A stretch of DNA of 55,078 nucleotides, the filler included, from Dirinaria sp. TL-2023a (taxonomy: Eukaryota), in the NCBI GenBank assembly GCA_051941275.1. It is 5 parts of 5 records of this genome, joined end to end, with 100 filler letters (N's around TTAATTAATTAA, not from the genome) between each part and the next. Parts side by side here need not be neighbours in the genome. Positions count along the whole stretch, not along the records: positions 1 to 10,949 come from JAVEBF010000890.1; positions 11,050 to 21,992 come from JAVEBF010000891.1; 3 more parts are not named here. One strand, given 5' to 3'. Each line of letters begins with the position of its first letter. The stretch's first letter is position 1. Made by a program: the position numbers and the translations under genes. Of the stretch, positions 1 through 11,339 are shown piece by piece. The notes under the pieces are model-generated. The model saw nothing but the letters and a program-made list of their open reading frames with translations, was not told the DNA's origin and searched no databases.

Positions 1-596
1 TTCTTCCCCCCACCCCCATCCTCCAACCACCTCCGCAAACATTCCTCTCCAAAGGATATGGTGGCATGGCGAACCGGCGCCATAGCGGATCAAATCACGC
101 ACAGGGGAGACAGTGGTTAATTTTAGAGCCGCCTAGGTGCAGGAAGCAAGGGATGGTAATAATAATAGTGGTGAGAGGGGTTTCAGAGTCCATGCTTGCT
201 TGCTTCAAGAGTCATGATAGACAGTTTCAAAAAAAAAAAAAAAAAAACAAAGGGCGTTATTTCAAGAGATCTGTTTTAGGCGCTGGTATTCATTATATAG
301 ATGTTTGGGGGAAGTTAGTTGGCGTGGTTGAGAGGGGGGAGAGAGAGTACACAGAAGAGGGAAAAAAGTGGATTTTTAGGGAGGGGAACATCGGATTGCG
401 GATAGATGATATTGGTAATTTATATGTATCATCGAACTTTTCTTTATAATTCAGATGTGAGTGAGGAAGAGTCGCCTATCTTATTCATTGTAATCTCACA
501 TTGCTAGAGGAATTGTTTTTTTTTCTTCTTCGAGTTCTTTGCAAATGCATTATGTTAAAACTAGCGCCGCCCTGTGAAATCATAAACCCTCCCTCC

Positions 597-635
597 CTTC
601 TTCTTCTTCTTCTTCTTCTTCTTCTTCTTCTTCTT
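597..635. repeat. (CTT)13 microsatellite in low-complexity non-coding contig start
   Basis: Read directly. Region 1-1500 also has poly(A) tracts (~228-247, ~909-936), (GA)n ~886-902 and (TG)n ~1309-1322. Confidence 0.95.
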
Positions 636-671
636 TTCGCTGAAACGAAATAAGTAAGGTATTCCCATCCA

Positions 672-711
672 TGGTGGTCCCATCGGTGGTGGTCCCATCG
701 GTGGTGGTCCC
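672..711. repeat. 15-bp tandem repeat (GGTGGTCCCATCGGT, ~2.7 copies)
   Basis: Read directly from sequence. Confidence 0.9.
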
Positions 712-1706
712 GAGTGTGGCTCACTTTTATACAAAACTCATCCGATTAAGGAAAGGACGAGATTGGATTCATTCAGACAGAGGGGACGAAGTCTGATAGA
801 TTCAGTGTGTCTTGTTTTCTCAATTTCTTGGAAAGGAGGGAAAGATCAGGTATGCTTCGACTGTCGATGTATGTTGTTCGAATATAGAGAGAGAGAGAGA
901 GATACAGAGAAAAAAAAGAAAAAAAAAAAAAAAAAATCGAGGTCCAGGACGGGTGCACTTATATAAACACAGAAACAATGAGCGAGAAAAAGAGAGGAAA
1001 GAAAGAAAGAGCTCAAACTTCCATCGCTCAGCTTTTACCTCTACCTATGTGATCAAGCCTTCTATCATTCCTATTCCATTTCATACGTATATACATATAC
1101 ACCTCGAAACAAACAACAGAAATCGTGATAGAACTCATTATGATTATACAACCCCGGACACTACCGGGCACATATATCTACTGTATGTAGCACGACTCTT
1201 TTACGTTCATTTCTGGAGCTTTTGCGCGGAAGTTCCCCGCTTTTTCATTCTTTCTTGGGGCGGGGGGTCTTGCGGTGCTTTTATTTTTTCTTTTTTCTTT
1301 TTTTTTTCAGTGTGTGTGTGTGCCTTGAGATGAGGGAATATATGTAAGCGGAACTTGAAGGAAGGGTTTATGAGGTGAGGTGGGTCTCTTTTGTGCTTCG
1401 GTTGGAGAGATGATATTGTGGCGAAGATTTAGCTGTATGTAGGCGCAATGAGTGTGGGGAGAAAGCTTGCTTGAGTGTATGTAGCCTAAGTGTTTAGAGA
1501 AGCTAGCTTTGTGCTTATGCCAGGGTCTTTGCGGGTGATCATTTTGGTCTGAGGCATGTAATATAGCGCCCTACCTCCTCTATGTGCGCTTTCCTCCTCC
1601 GATGCAAACAAATATCCATCATTTATTGATTGATTATATGCGCAACAGAAACGAACCGAGCAGCACACACACCTTCTCAAAGCTGCTGTGGTCTTCGCCT
1701 CCATGT

Positions 1707-3093
1707 TTAGGTCGTAGTAGTAGCCTTATTAAGCAAATCCCCCAGGATCTCAATTCCGTGGGTCCCGGTTGCTGCTTGCTGCCACAATTCATCGGGGATG
1801 GTCTCTTCATGGGGCGCCATAGCCCGCCAATTTGGACTCGGTTCGCTGGGACGGAGCCACATGAAATCTTCGACCTGATCCCACAGATTCGGCTGGGTTG
1901 GAAGGTTGTTTTGGTCGACCTATATTTTGAACGTAAGTCAACGATATACAACGTGCTCTCTCGTAAACTTAACAATATGTGAGATTGGTTTGAGTTTTCT
2001 CCCAGCATCAGCATCATTATTATTGTTATTACTATCATCCATCTGGGAAAAGTATGACTTAGTATTACTTACAAATCGATCTGGCAAGGGCGCGAACTTG
2101 ATCCTTGTGCATCCTTCGATCACCGGCTTACTCGTGCAGTGGAGAAAGACCGCGCAACCGGCGCAATTATGAAGCCGGAGCTGGCCACATGTGGTGACGA
2201 TGATGCACTTTACGCAGTTCGAGATGAACGCTGATCCACTCACAGATCCGCAGATAAATAAGCTTTGGCAGCCATCAAGGATATGGATTTTGGCGAAAGG
2301 GAGACTCCGTGTAGTAGGTTGAGGGGCGATATTGATGATGCAGTCTTTTATGGCGGTGATCGAAGCCGAAAGTGGTCGTTGAGTGGGAAAGGCAGATGCT
2401 CTTTCTTCGAGATACTCGGAGCTCCGCTCTGTGATGTTGAAGATACCTTCGTAGATTCCTGGTTTGGATAGAAATACATCCTGAAGCTTCTCCTGAGATT
2501 GCTCTTGAGCGTTGATTTTCTTCGACGAATCAGACAACTGAATGGTTTCAGTCTCGCAATGAATGGCTTTAAGGGGGTTGGAGTAGGGTGGACCAACACT
2601 ATCGTTAGGTCTAGATTCCTCATCCTTGCGTTGAGAGGGTGCAACTTGCTGCTTCTTTTTGAATGCAAATTTCCTTTTGGGGGCAAATGATGATCGGATC
2701 TCCTGTAGTCTCTCGCTCAATATCTTGATAGACTGCAGTCGTAGCAATGGTCAGTGACTGCCACGAACGCTGGTAGACCCTTAACCAACATTCGAGTAAT
2801 TGCGTTGATCGTAGGCGGCTAGAAAAGGGGAAGCATCTTTGATAGCATTGGACACGCGCGCTATGCATGCTAAGCATTCGTCGATAGCTCGTGCGCGTTC
2901 AGCTTCTTCAGAGGTGGAATTCTTGACTTCCAGGATTCGATTTTCGAGTGCTTGAATAGGGCGCCAGATACGATGAGCTCAGAGTTTTTTGCTAAACGAG
3001 GGTCCACGACTGACCGGTTATCTGCTGCTGCAGCGATATGGGACTGCCTTGCTCGGTGTTTCTATCCACAGGTGAAGGGCCAGTTGTGGACAT
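1707..3093 (-). CDS. TBCC: Tubulin-specific chaperone C (tubulin-binding cofactor C), ~370 aa, 4 exons
   Basis: Exons 3093-3015, 2950-2790, 2732-2073 and 1919-1707 with GT-AG introns. Contains N-terminal LAAYDQRNYS, APKRKFAFKKK, the C-CAP/cofactor C core (CGQLRLHNC..VFLHCTSKPVIEGCTRIKFAP) and the C-terminal NLWDQVEDFMWLRPSEPSPNW motif. Confidence 0.9.
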
Positions 3094-3642
3094 TATCGTA
3101 GGATTGGCACTAGATAGAATCACTTGTGCACCAAATTTGTTCTGCTGTATGAGTAGAATTTAAAATATTGTTTAGCTCTAGGCCGGTTTATTCCTAACAG
3201 ATCTGTAGATGCGGAGGCAGTGGCGGTTTGGTTTTTGCAGAATGTACCGAGCATGGGAGCATCGAAAACCTGCATATTCTTGCCTACTGAAAGAGCGATT
3301 GATATTCCTGGGTGACGAGGCTCGGACTGGATTCCGCGTGACTTCGTAAATATTGAGCAAGCAATTCGGAACCCATCCACCCCAGTCCTTGAAAAGTATT
3401 CAAAGTATCTTTGGTGGAGGACTTTCTGCTATTTTGGGGACACTCACTGTGTTGTTGTGGGATTATACAAGATACATGAAAGACATAAATTTTTTCATGG
3501 TATTTACAAGGGGTTGGCCCCAAATACTGCTGCGTCGAAGTAGACAGTGGGGAGGCAATATTTACAACAACTACAGTTCCTGCACTGTAGGCACCCAGAA
3601 TCAGAGCACCTATATGGATTCAATCCATTTCACTCCTACCCT

Positions 3643-6600
3643 TCACACTTCAAAAACACTCTCTACCCCTTGCCATTTTCCATCTCTTTCATTCCAATAC
3701 CCATCCTTCCCACTCTTCAACCTCCATACTTCCTCTTCGGTATCTACATCAACGCTCTCGAACCACCTCGGCTGCCACGACTCCCCTCTGTCCTCCACGG
3801 CCTTTCTCCTCTTCCTTTGCGCCTCTTCCAGCTGATGCTTCAGAGCCTCTGCAGCATCAAAATCGCCGTTCTCCACTGCGCGCTGATCGGGCCGTAGACG
3901 GCTGTCTGTCGGCGCCATTTTGCCCTTTTCGTTCGGTGTGATCTCATTTAGAGAGGCAGCAAAAGTGGTGAAGCCGTACCGTTTAGCGGCATCAGGAGGC
4001 AGTTCTGCTGCTTTCCAGATCGGATCAGTCCTTTTTGGAATGCCATGCTCAGTGATATTGAGTGCCGACGTCCATTTTCCAATGAGTCCGTTGGGCAGCT
4101 CGTCGCCGTAAGCGTCGAAAGTTTGCACCACCACATCTTCATTGCGGCCGGAAAACATGCCTTTCGATTTGAACGTAATAATCGCCGATTCGCCTGTTAC
4201 CTCATTGGTAATTTTCATGTTGCCGACAGGCTCAACATATTTTTCGCCAGCGATGATATTGCGTATGAAAGCTGTGGCCGGCGCAAAGGAAAAGCAATCA
4301 CCTGTTGAGTGGAGTATGATGCGCACACGACCTTCGGTGACGATTTCGGCAGATTTGCCCCAGAACTTTTGAGTCGGCATGGGGGATTGCGTAAAAGTCC
4401 AATTTTCGCTTTCTCCTTGGCATGCCATACGGATCGGATGGTGGGAAATTTTCTCGGCGAGAAAGCGGAATCCGCGGTCTTCACGCACGAGCTCAAAAGT
4501 CTCACCAAGCATGGGGTTAAAAGGCTTGCGAATTGCGCGCTCTTTAACACGATAATTGGAGAGGGTTGAGACCGCGAATGCGGCAATGTAGAGAAGACGT
4601 TCATTGCTCGAGGTGGATATTGTGGCGGCGCCGTCAAGGAGGAAAGAGTATTCGAGTTGTTCAGAGGCGCGTTGGAGAAGTGAGATGGGCTCGTTGGCAG
4701 AGACAGGCATAGACATGGTGGAAAGATCTTTGCCAACATTTTTGCGGAGAAACCCTATGAGGCTGGGAGGTTGGACAGTGGGAGGTGGAACGGTATTACG
4801 TCGTTGGACCCATTGGCCAGGAAGAGGCACCAGGGATTGGGGCCTTGCAGGGAAAGCTGAGCTTGACTTGTCGGCCGATGCAATACTCATATGCAAGGCT
4901 TGTTTGTCATCAATCTCGCTAGCAGAAGAAGAGGCGTCCCCATCATCGGTAGACCCCTCGCTTTTCCCAACTTCGTTGTCAGTCTCGTCTTGTATGGCAA
5001 GTAGTTGAGAGTCATTACCACCGGAGGCGTCGAAGAACTCCTGTGAAGCTTCTGAGTCGATGCTAAAACGCGAAGCGGCTGTCACTAGAGGTGGCCTAGG
5101 TGATCTGCGTTGCCTGCTTTCGGCAAGCAAAGTGGTAAAGTCTGCCACAACTGAGTCCAAGTCTTTCAGCAAAGACATGCAATGGTCGTGAACGCCCTCT
5201 TCAGCATGCCTCTCTAAAGGCGAGTTTTCTGAGGCGAAGGAGGCTGTTTTCGGTGTGGGTGCTGCACTACTTGTTGCCGAGAGCGTTGGAGTCGCTGAAA
5301 CGCTGCGCCTGAACATGCCAGGCATCGTTTTTTCGTTGGTTTGCCTACGCTTCCAAAATGGCTTTCTCTCGGCCGCCTGAAAGTAGCCATTATTCAGGCT
5401 CTGTTCTGAAGGACTACCCGACGTACTGGAGCCCACGGACTGAGAGTTCGGGTCTACTTTGTCGGCCGCTGATCTGTAAACGTTTGAAGGCAGGTACTTC
5501 GGATCAGTGTCTTTAGCTATAGTTCTTGCCGCGTCGCGCGCATCAGCGACCCGTTTTAGCAAAGACTCAACTCTCGTCCACTGTCGCTCCTCCTCAGGGT
5601 CGATCCTTGTAGCAGAAAACCGCCTTCCTCGACCATCAAGACCTACCGCCGCTGCAGGGGACGCTGGCGTCAGAGATGCGCTGGCAAGCTCCAGCGCATC
5701 CTTCCATGCCTCGAAATCTCGTCGATTATGTGCTTTAAGATGCCATATCTCCGCACCAGAGTCGATTGAGATCTGTCTCGTTGTAGCATTCGCGCCTATA
5801 GCAGCCAGGGATAATGGTATTGCACCTCTCAGGGCGAGCGTGTGTCTGTTGTGGTAGTACGATAATGTTGACGACGAGAAATCGAGCGAAAAGAACCTTC
5901 GAGCATAACCTTGATGCCTTTTTCGACGCCGTTTCTGCAGGACGCCGGTAAAGAAATTGGACGCCAGGCTATTCTCGCTTTGGCCGGAGAGCTGTTGACG
6001 CGACATGTCGGTGCTGTTGGGCTGCTTGGATGAGTGAACTCCAGTCTGCACTATAGATTCTGACGAGTCACGCTGTAATGGGGATTTCCGCGAGGCTGAA
6101 GTATCCCTTAGACTGGTGCAACTAGCGGGGCCTTGGATATGGCGGATATGGTGATTTTGCTGGGGTGGGGAATCGGTAGGATATGTGAGAAGAACGAAGG
6201 TGACATTCTTGGAGAATTGCTTGGCGAAAGTATTGTCGAAGACAAGCGCATACATTCCGCCTTCATCCTTGGGAACATCATAGGTTCCAGCAGACACTCT
6301 GCCTGGCTCACACGTCCCGTACCACGAGATCGGTTTCAGTCCTATCGCCTTCAATTTCTCTGTCGCCGATGAGGAGGCGGTTTTGGAGCCATGGCCATCT
6401 TGTATGGTATCTGCTGGACGGGCACCAGGGGTCGGAGGAGGCTCGAACGTGGAAGAAGGCAACCTCGGGGTTGGGCCATTACCAGGACCGGGATGTTTGA
6501 AGATGCCGAAATTGATGGCTTTCTTGTGCCCGTGTGGTTGTATGCTCCAGGAGATAGTGGAGTTTGCTTTGACATTTACCCATCGGACCAAGTATGACTA

Positions 6601-6688
6601 CAAATCACATGTCAGTCGAAGTAGCTTATAAAGGTCCGGAGATTTTCTATACCTTGCTGTGGATTTCCAGCTGCTCCATGCCTGCCAT
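3643..6688 (-). CDS. OSH3: Oxysterol-binding protein, Osh3-type (GOLD + PH + ORD domains), ~996 aa
   Basis: Exon 1 6688-6653 (MAGMEQLEIHSK), intron, exon 2 6597-3643. GOLD-like GMYALVFDNTFAKQFSK, PH domain LQKRRRKRHQGYARRFF, ORD motifs KPFNPMLGETFE, EKISHHP and PTDSRLRPDQRA. Confidence 0.95.
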
Positions 6689-7640
6689 AGCTGTCGGTAT
6701 GTGTACACTGAGGTGCGGCAGGGTTTCTGCCTGTAATTCTGTTTACTCCTCATATGTATCGGGCATTGCAAGACGGAATATTTCGCATACATAAATGAAC
6801 CACGCATAAAGGCGATCTTGGATTCTTTATGATTGTCCGCATGATGTGAGGCTGCTGACATACGTAGCTTATGATTTATGATGCGCGAGCCCCGATTCAT
6901 TATTGACAGTCCGGAGCTCCCGAGCACCGACCCCGAGTGCCTCGGCTGGAGTTGCCTTGGCAGCAAAGCCTAGCGTGCCCAGCTATGTACTGTAAGCTGG
7001 TCACTTTACAGTACACATATTACTGCCTTCGGGAGGAATTACTCATAGTTTTCTTGAGCAAACTCAGGAGGTCATGCTGTCATTCGAATCCTGAGCTAGG
7101 TTTTGATATACTCCTACAAAGCCACCAATCACTATGCAACCTATTACTAAGCAAGGCAAAGCATTATGAGTCTTTCTGACCCTTGAAGGTTCGTGTTAAA
7201 CAGTCATAATAGCGAAATGCTCACGCATCATTCCCCCAAACACTGTGTTGATGGATGTGCAGGTAACGCCAACGAGAACTTTGCATCTTGCTGGTGGTTG
7301 AAAAATCAATAGACTTTGGAGCACAGTGATTGCTGGCTGGTACGTAGTATTCTCTATCGTTCTGTAGTACCAATATCTTTCACAAGGTCTGATCAGACAG
7401 CTGTCCAAGGATTGAATACAGACAGCAACGTGATTTCAACTTTAAACCCTTTTTTTGCCGGCTCCAGTCGTACATATAGTCTGGATTGACTCTGCATGAT
7501 GTGGCAAGGGTTTGCTTGGAAGATGTTATTGGGGAACAACACAGCGAACTGCGGCAAGTCTTCACCCAACTGAAGATATCCTTCAGCGCTGGCTTGACTT
7601 CGGACACTGTCAAACGTAAGTACGGCATTGGGAGCAGACC

Positions 7641-8392
7641 ATGAGTATCAGGACCGACCCGCATCGAGGACTCAGACTTGTCTGGCAGCGAGGCTTACAG
7701 CGCTGGCTCACTCGATCCTCCGTTGACGAGATCCTACCCAACTTATTCCTGAGTGGTTCTTATGCAGCAGAGAATCCGACACTGCTGAGTTCGAAGAACA
7801 TTAGTTTTGTTCTCACCATTATGGGTCAAGATCTTTCCCCAGAGATCCTCCAACAATATCGAGACCTGGACATCGAGCATCTTTTCGTCAAGAAGCGGGA
7901 TGAGCCTGACGAGAACCTCCTTGAGGTCTTTGGTGAACTATGTACAGTCATTGAAGAGAAGCTGCAAGGAGGTAAGTCTGTCTTAGTACATTGTGCTATG
8001 GGTATGAGCCGAAGCGCTTCTGTTGTCATGGCTTATGGTACGTACTTTGGCGAACTTGATGTATCATCCGTTGAGCCTATTTGCTTGACGCAACAATGAT
8101 GATCGGAAGCCACCTTAGCTCTTCGATGACTGTGCTGACATCATTCTCAGTAATGCAACGCTGGGGCGTTAGCCGTTCCGAGGCCAAGAGATTGGTGCGA
8201 GCGAAGCGGAATGTTGCAAATCCAAACCATGGCTTCTACGATCAATTGAAAGTTTGGGATAAATGCCACCATGATATCCACACGGTGTGGATGATTGATG
8301 GTGTAAAGCAACTCAAGTTGGAGTACCAGCAGTGGAAAAGTGAAGCAGAGGAAGCAGGAAAGGATGAAGCCAAGAGAAGCGGTGGTCGGTAG
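7641..8392 (+). CDS. Dual-specificity protein phosphatase (Yvh1-like catalytic domain), ~212 aa
   Basis: Exons 7641-8037 and 8151-8392 (GTACGT donor, GCTGAC branch, CAG acceptor). Catalytic loop VHCAMGMSRSASVVMAY, plus EILPNLFLSG and ANPNHGFYDQL. Start codon uncertain. Confidence 0.85.
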
Positions 8393-9528
8393 AAGGGAGA
8401 TGTTGGTCGTGGCGTTTCCTCTTCATTTGAAGTCCGCTCCCAACGTGGGTGTCTTAGTCTTCAAAAACAACGATATTGGGCTTTGGAACGAGTGAGTTGC
8501 ACTGTGGCCTACTTAGCTCACTATTCCCTAGCTCACCAGGAAACCGAGTCACATGTTTAAAAGCCTCTAGTTTACAGCTTTCCTTCGGCCGAAGGCACTC
8601 GTTCGAGACGCCTTCTGGATCTGCAAGCATCCATTTCTCGCTTGGATTCAGCTCCAACACATTCGAAATGCCTTGGTGCATGAAGTTGACGGGAATTAGC
8701 AGATGCACTTCTTGCATGGAAACCGCAGGTACGTTGTGAACTGGGCGATCATTTTCTTGTGTGTGAGATTCGTACCCGTGTTTCAATCGGGTGTGAACAT
8801 CATACAGCTAGGACGTTACATGAATGTGTAACAAGACATGTTTGCTCCGAGGCTTGACCAACGGCGCGAAGAGACTCGATGCTTATGAGTCCTCGGATGT
8901 ATGACTCGAGATCGCGATGTTGGCCCAAGGCTGGCTTCCTACAAATATACCTACTCGCCAAGTACAAAATCATAGGATCCTACCTTCGGTTCAGAAAAGC
9001 ATACGAGCACCGCTTTTGGGCCTCCTTATTCCTTGATTGTTTCGGTTTCATTATGCTTTTCTACTTCCTTCAATTTCGCATTCAGGAAGCTTTCCCTTAC
9101 CACATTTTTCACTCCAGCAGTGAATGTGGCCTATAAGTCTAAGCCTTTCTATAGATGACACCGTGAACATCCCTAGCACTTTCACCGATTGGTCAGATTC
9201 CTTTACGTATTACTCGAGTCTAGAACATCCTATCCATCATGTTTCTCTTATGGGTCATCTTGTGTAACTTGAAGTTATTACCATTACTCCGGCGCCACCG
9301 TGCCATTGTCTACATAAGTCAGCACCCTCCATGTGCTCAGTCCTTCCCCCCTCTCTAGATCACATCTTTCACTCAAGTTTCCTTTCCCTTGATCCGCATT
9401 CTTGCAGTACTTACGGCATAGCTGCCACACGAGTAAACGGCGCTGCACTCGTGGGGCTTTTTAGAAGGGTCCATTGTAGGCATGAGGACCTTTGGCTGGT
9501 ACAAATAGAGAATTGACCAAAGCAGGAG

Positions 9529-10949
9529 ATGGCTGATCCGCGTGTCCCACTCCTAAGTGTGCCGACTGCCTCTAAATCCCCCAAACACACGGCTTCTACA
9601 CCCATGACCTCATTCACCAGTCCTTACTTCAAAGTCCAGCTGGCCTCCGACGCCGACGCCGACGATAGCATCGTCCCTTCTTGGAAGCCGTCACTAGCTG
9701 AGGGAGCCACTGCCAGTTTTGAAGGCGACAGCTCACCGGTCGAGGATGAGATCACAGCTCAGGATGATCGTGCGGTGGAAGAAAACCCAAAGTCCTCTGA
9801 GCTCAAGAACTCCACAAGCAATGACCGTGCCTTGCCACAATACGCCGAGGAATTTTGCGTCTCCCCTTCGCGAATATCCACAGCCACAAGGTCAGAAGTA
9901 GGTGTGCCTACACGGTCTGTCTCGCATATGAGTAGCGCAACATCGTCCGAAGAAGACAACATTGGAGCATCCTCGAAGACGCCTTGTCGCTGCCCCTTCA
10001 TCGCCGCTGCGCGGATCATGGAGGCATCCAAGACACGTGCCCTGAAGTACGCTCAGGCCCAAGGAGTCAAGTACACCGACGAAAACGGTAACCAAGCTAC
10101 AATATTGCGACGGTGGATGATCGCGCTCATCACGTTCAAAATCGACCAGGCCCAAGTAAACTCTGTACGCGATCTGCAGCGGAAAATGAAGGATACCTTC
10201 GGCGACAACTGGCCCATGCACGATCTATTGGAGAGCAACCAAATCCATCCGGGCCACTGCCAGCCATGGATGCGGGCCCTGGTACACAAAGAAGCGCTGC
10301 GAGCATCGCTGGAAGCCTTCGCAGCAATCGATGCGCGCGACGGCAAAGACGGCACAGACCGGCCGCCATTCATCGACGACCCGTTCCAACACCCGGATCT
10401 CGAGCTGGTCCACCAGCCGTGCTCGTGCAAAGAAGCGCACGTGCACAGCATCGCGGCGCGCACGCTCGAGGAAGCCATGACCAACCTGTCCTACTTCGTC
10501 ACGACCATGGCGTGGTGCACGCCCGACAAAGACCGCGCGAGCCTGCACCGCGATATCTACGCCAAAATGCGCACCGCGGTCGGGCGCGCCATGCACCGCG
10601 CCCACGAAGCCATCGCCGCCCCCGCGGACATCACGCACCTGTGCACCACCACCGAGATGCAGCACGTCGAGCCGTGGATGACGAAGAGCGTCGAGAAACT
10701 GTGCCGCACCGCGGCGCTGAAGATCTGTCGCGCCGTGCGGCGCAGGGCGAGGAACATGCAGACCAAGTGGTACGAGAATTATCTCGTGCTGCTGTATGAT
10801 GAGGATACGAAGGATAAGCTGTGGATGGCGGAGGCTGGCTTGGATGAGATGGAGCAGGACTTGCAGAAGGATCAGATGCAACGTGGTGGGGGGGAGGATG
10901 ATGATGCGAAAATGGGCGGCGTGGATGAGGAGGAGGAGGAGGAGGAGGA
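9529..10949 (+). CDS. Hypothetical protein, >=473 aa, 3'-truncated at contig end
   Basis: Long uninterrupted ORF with coding-like third-position GC bias. Ser/acidic low-complexity N-terminus and acidic (GAG)n tail running into the spacer. No family recognised. Confidence 0.7.
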
Positions 10950-11049
10950 NNNNNNNNNNNNNNNNNNNNNNNNNNNNNNNNNNNNNNNNNNNNTTAATTA
11001 ATTAANNNNNNNNNNNNNNNNNNNNNNNNNNNNNNNNNNNNNNNNNNNN
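10950..11049. other. Artificial contig spacer N44-TTAATTAATTAA-N44
   Basis: Exactly 100 bp; the core gives stop codons in all six frames; identical to the three other spacers. Confidence 0.98.
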
Positions 11050-11339
11050 GGATTCCAATATGCCAAAGAATGATGAGAGGGGTCTCAAAGTCTTCTTAAG
11101 CACAATCTCGTGGAGCGAGCGATGTAGTGGTGTTGTTTGTCATTGGCTCACTATTACCCGTTTCTTAAGCAAATAGTCCGACTTTAAGCCCGTAAACAAG
11201 AGCTTTGAAAGTTAGTTCAAACGACAACACCAATGGGCGGAGTCTTTCCTTTACGAATTCGTTCCGACCGATCTGTTGTGAAACAAAGGTTTTGGATCAT
11301 GACAGACCACTAGAGATTATGACCTAACTTTGTTTCTCT

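Noticed and set aside
66..1333. Several 60-170 aa ORFs with poly-Lys/Arg/Phe runs
   Set aside because: They are translations of poly(A/T), (CTT)n and (GA)n microsatellites, with no protein-like content.
8454..8786. 110-aa minus-strand ORF downstream of the phosphatase
   Set aside because: Non-ATG start, no motif, no supporting splice structure.
10053..10881. Long overlapping ORFs (228 aa +, 218 aa -, 143 aa -) inside the 9529 gene
   Set aside because: Shadow ORFs expected from high GC3 codon bias; no independent features.
10994..11005. TTAATTAATTAA recurring every ~11 kb, suggestive of piggyBac TTAA sites or a regularly spaced repeat/CRISPR-like array
   Set aside because: It is always centred in exactly 44+44 Ns, so it is a synthetic six-frame-stop linker.
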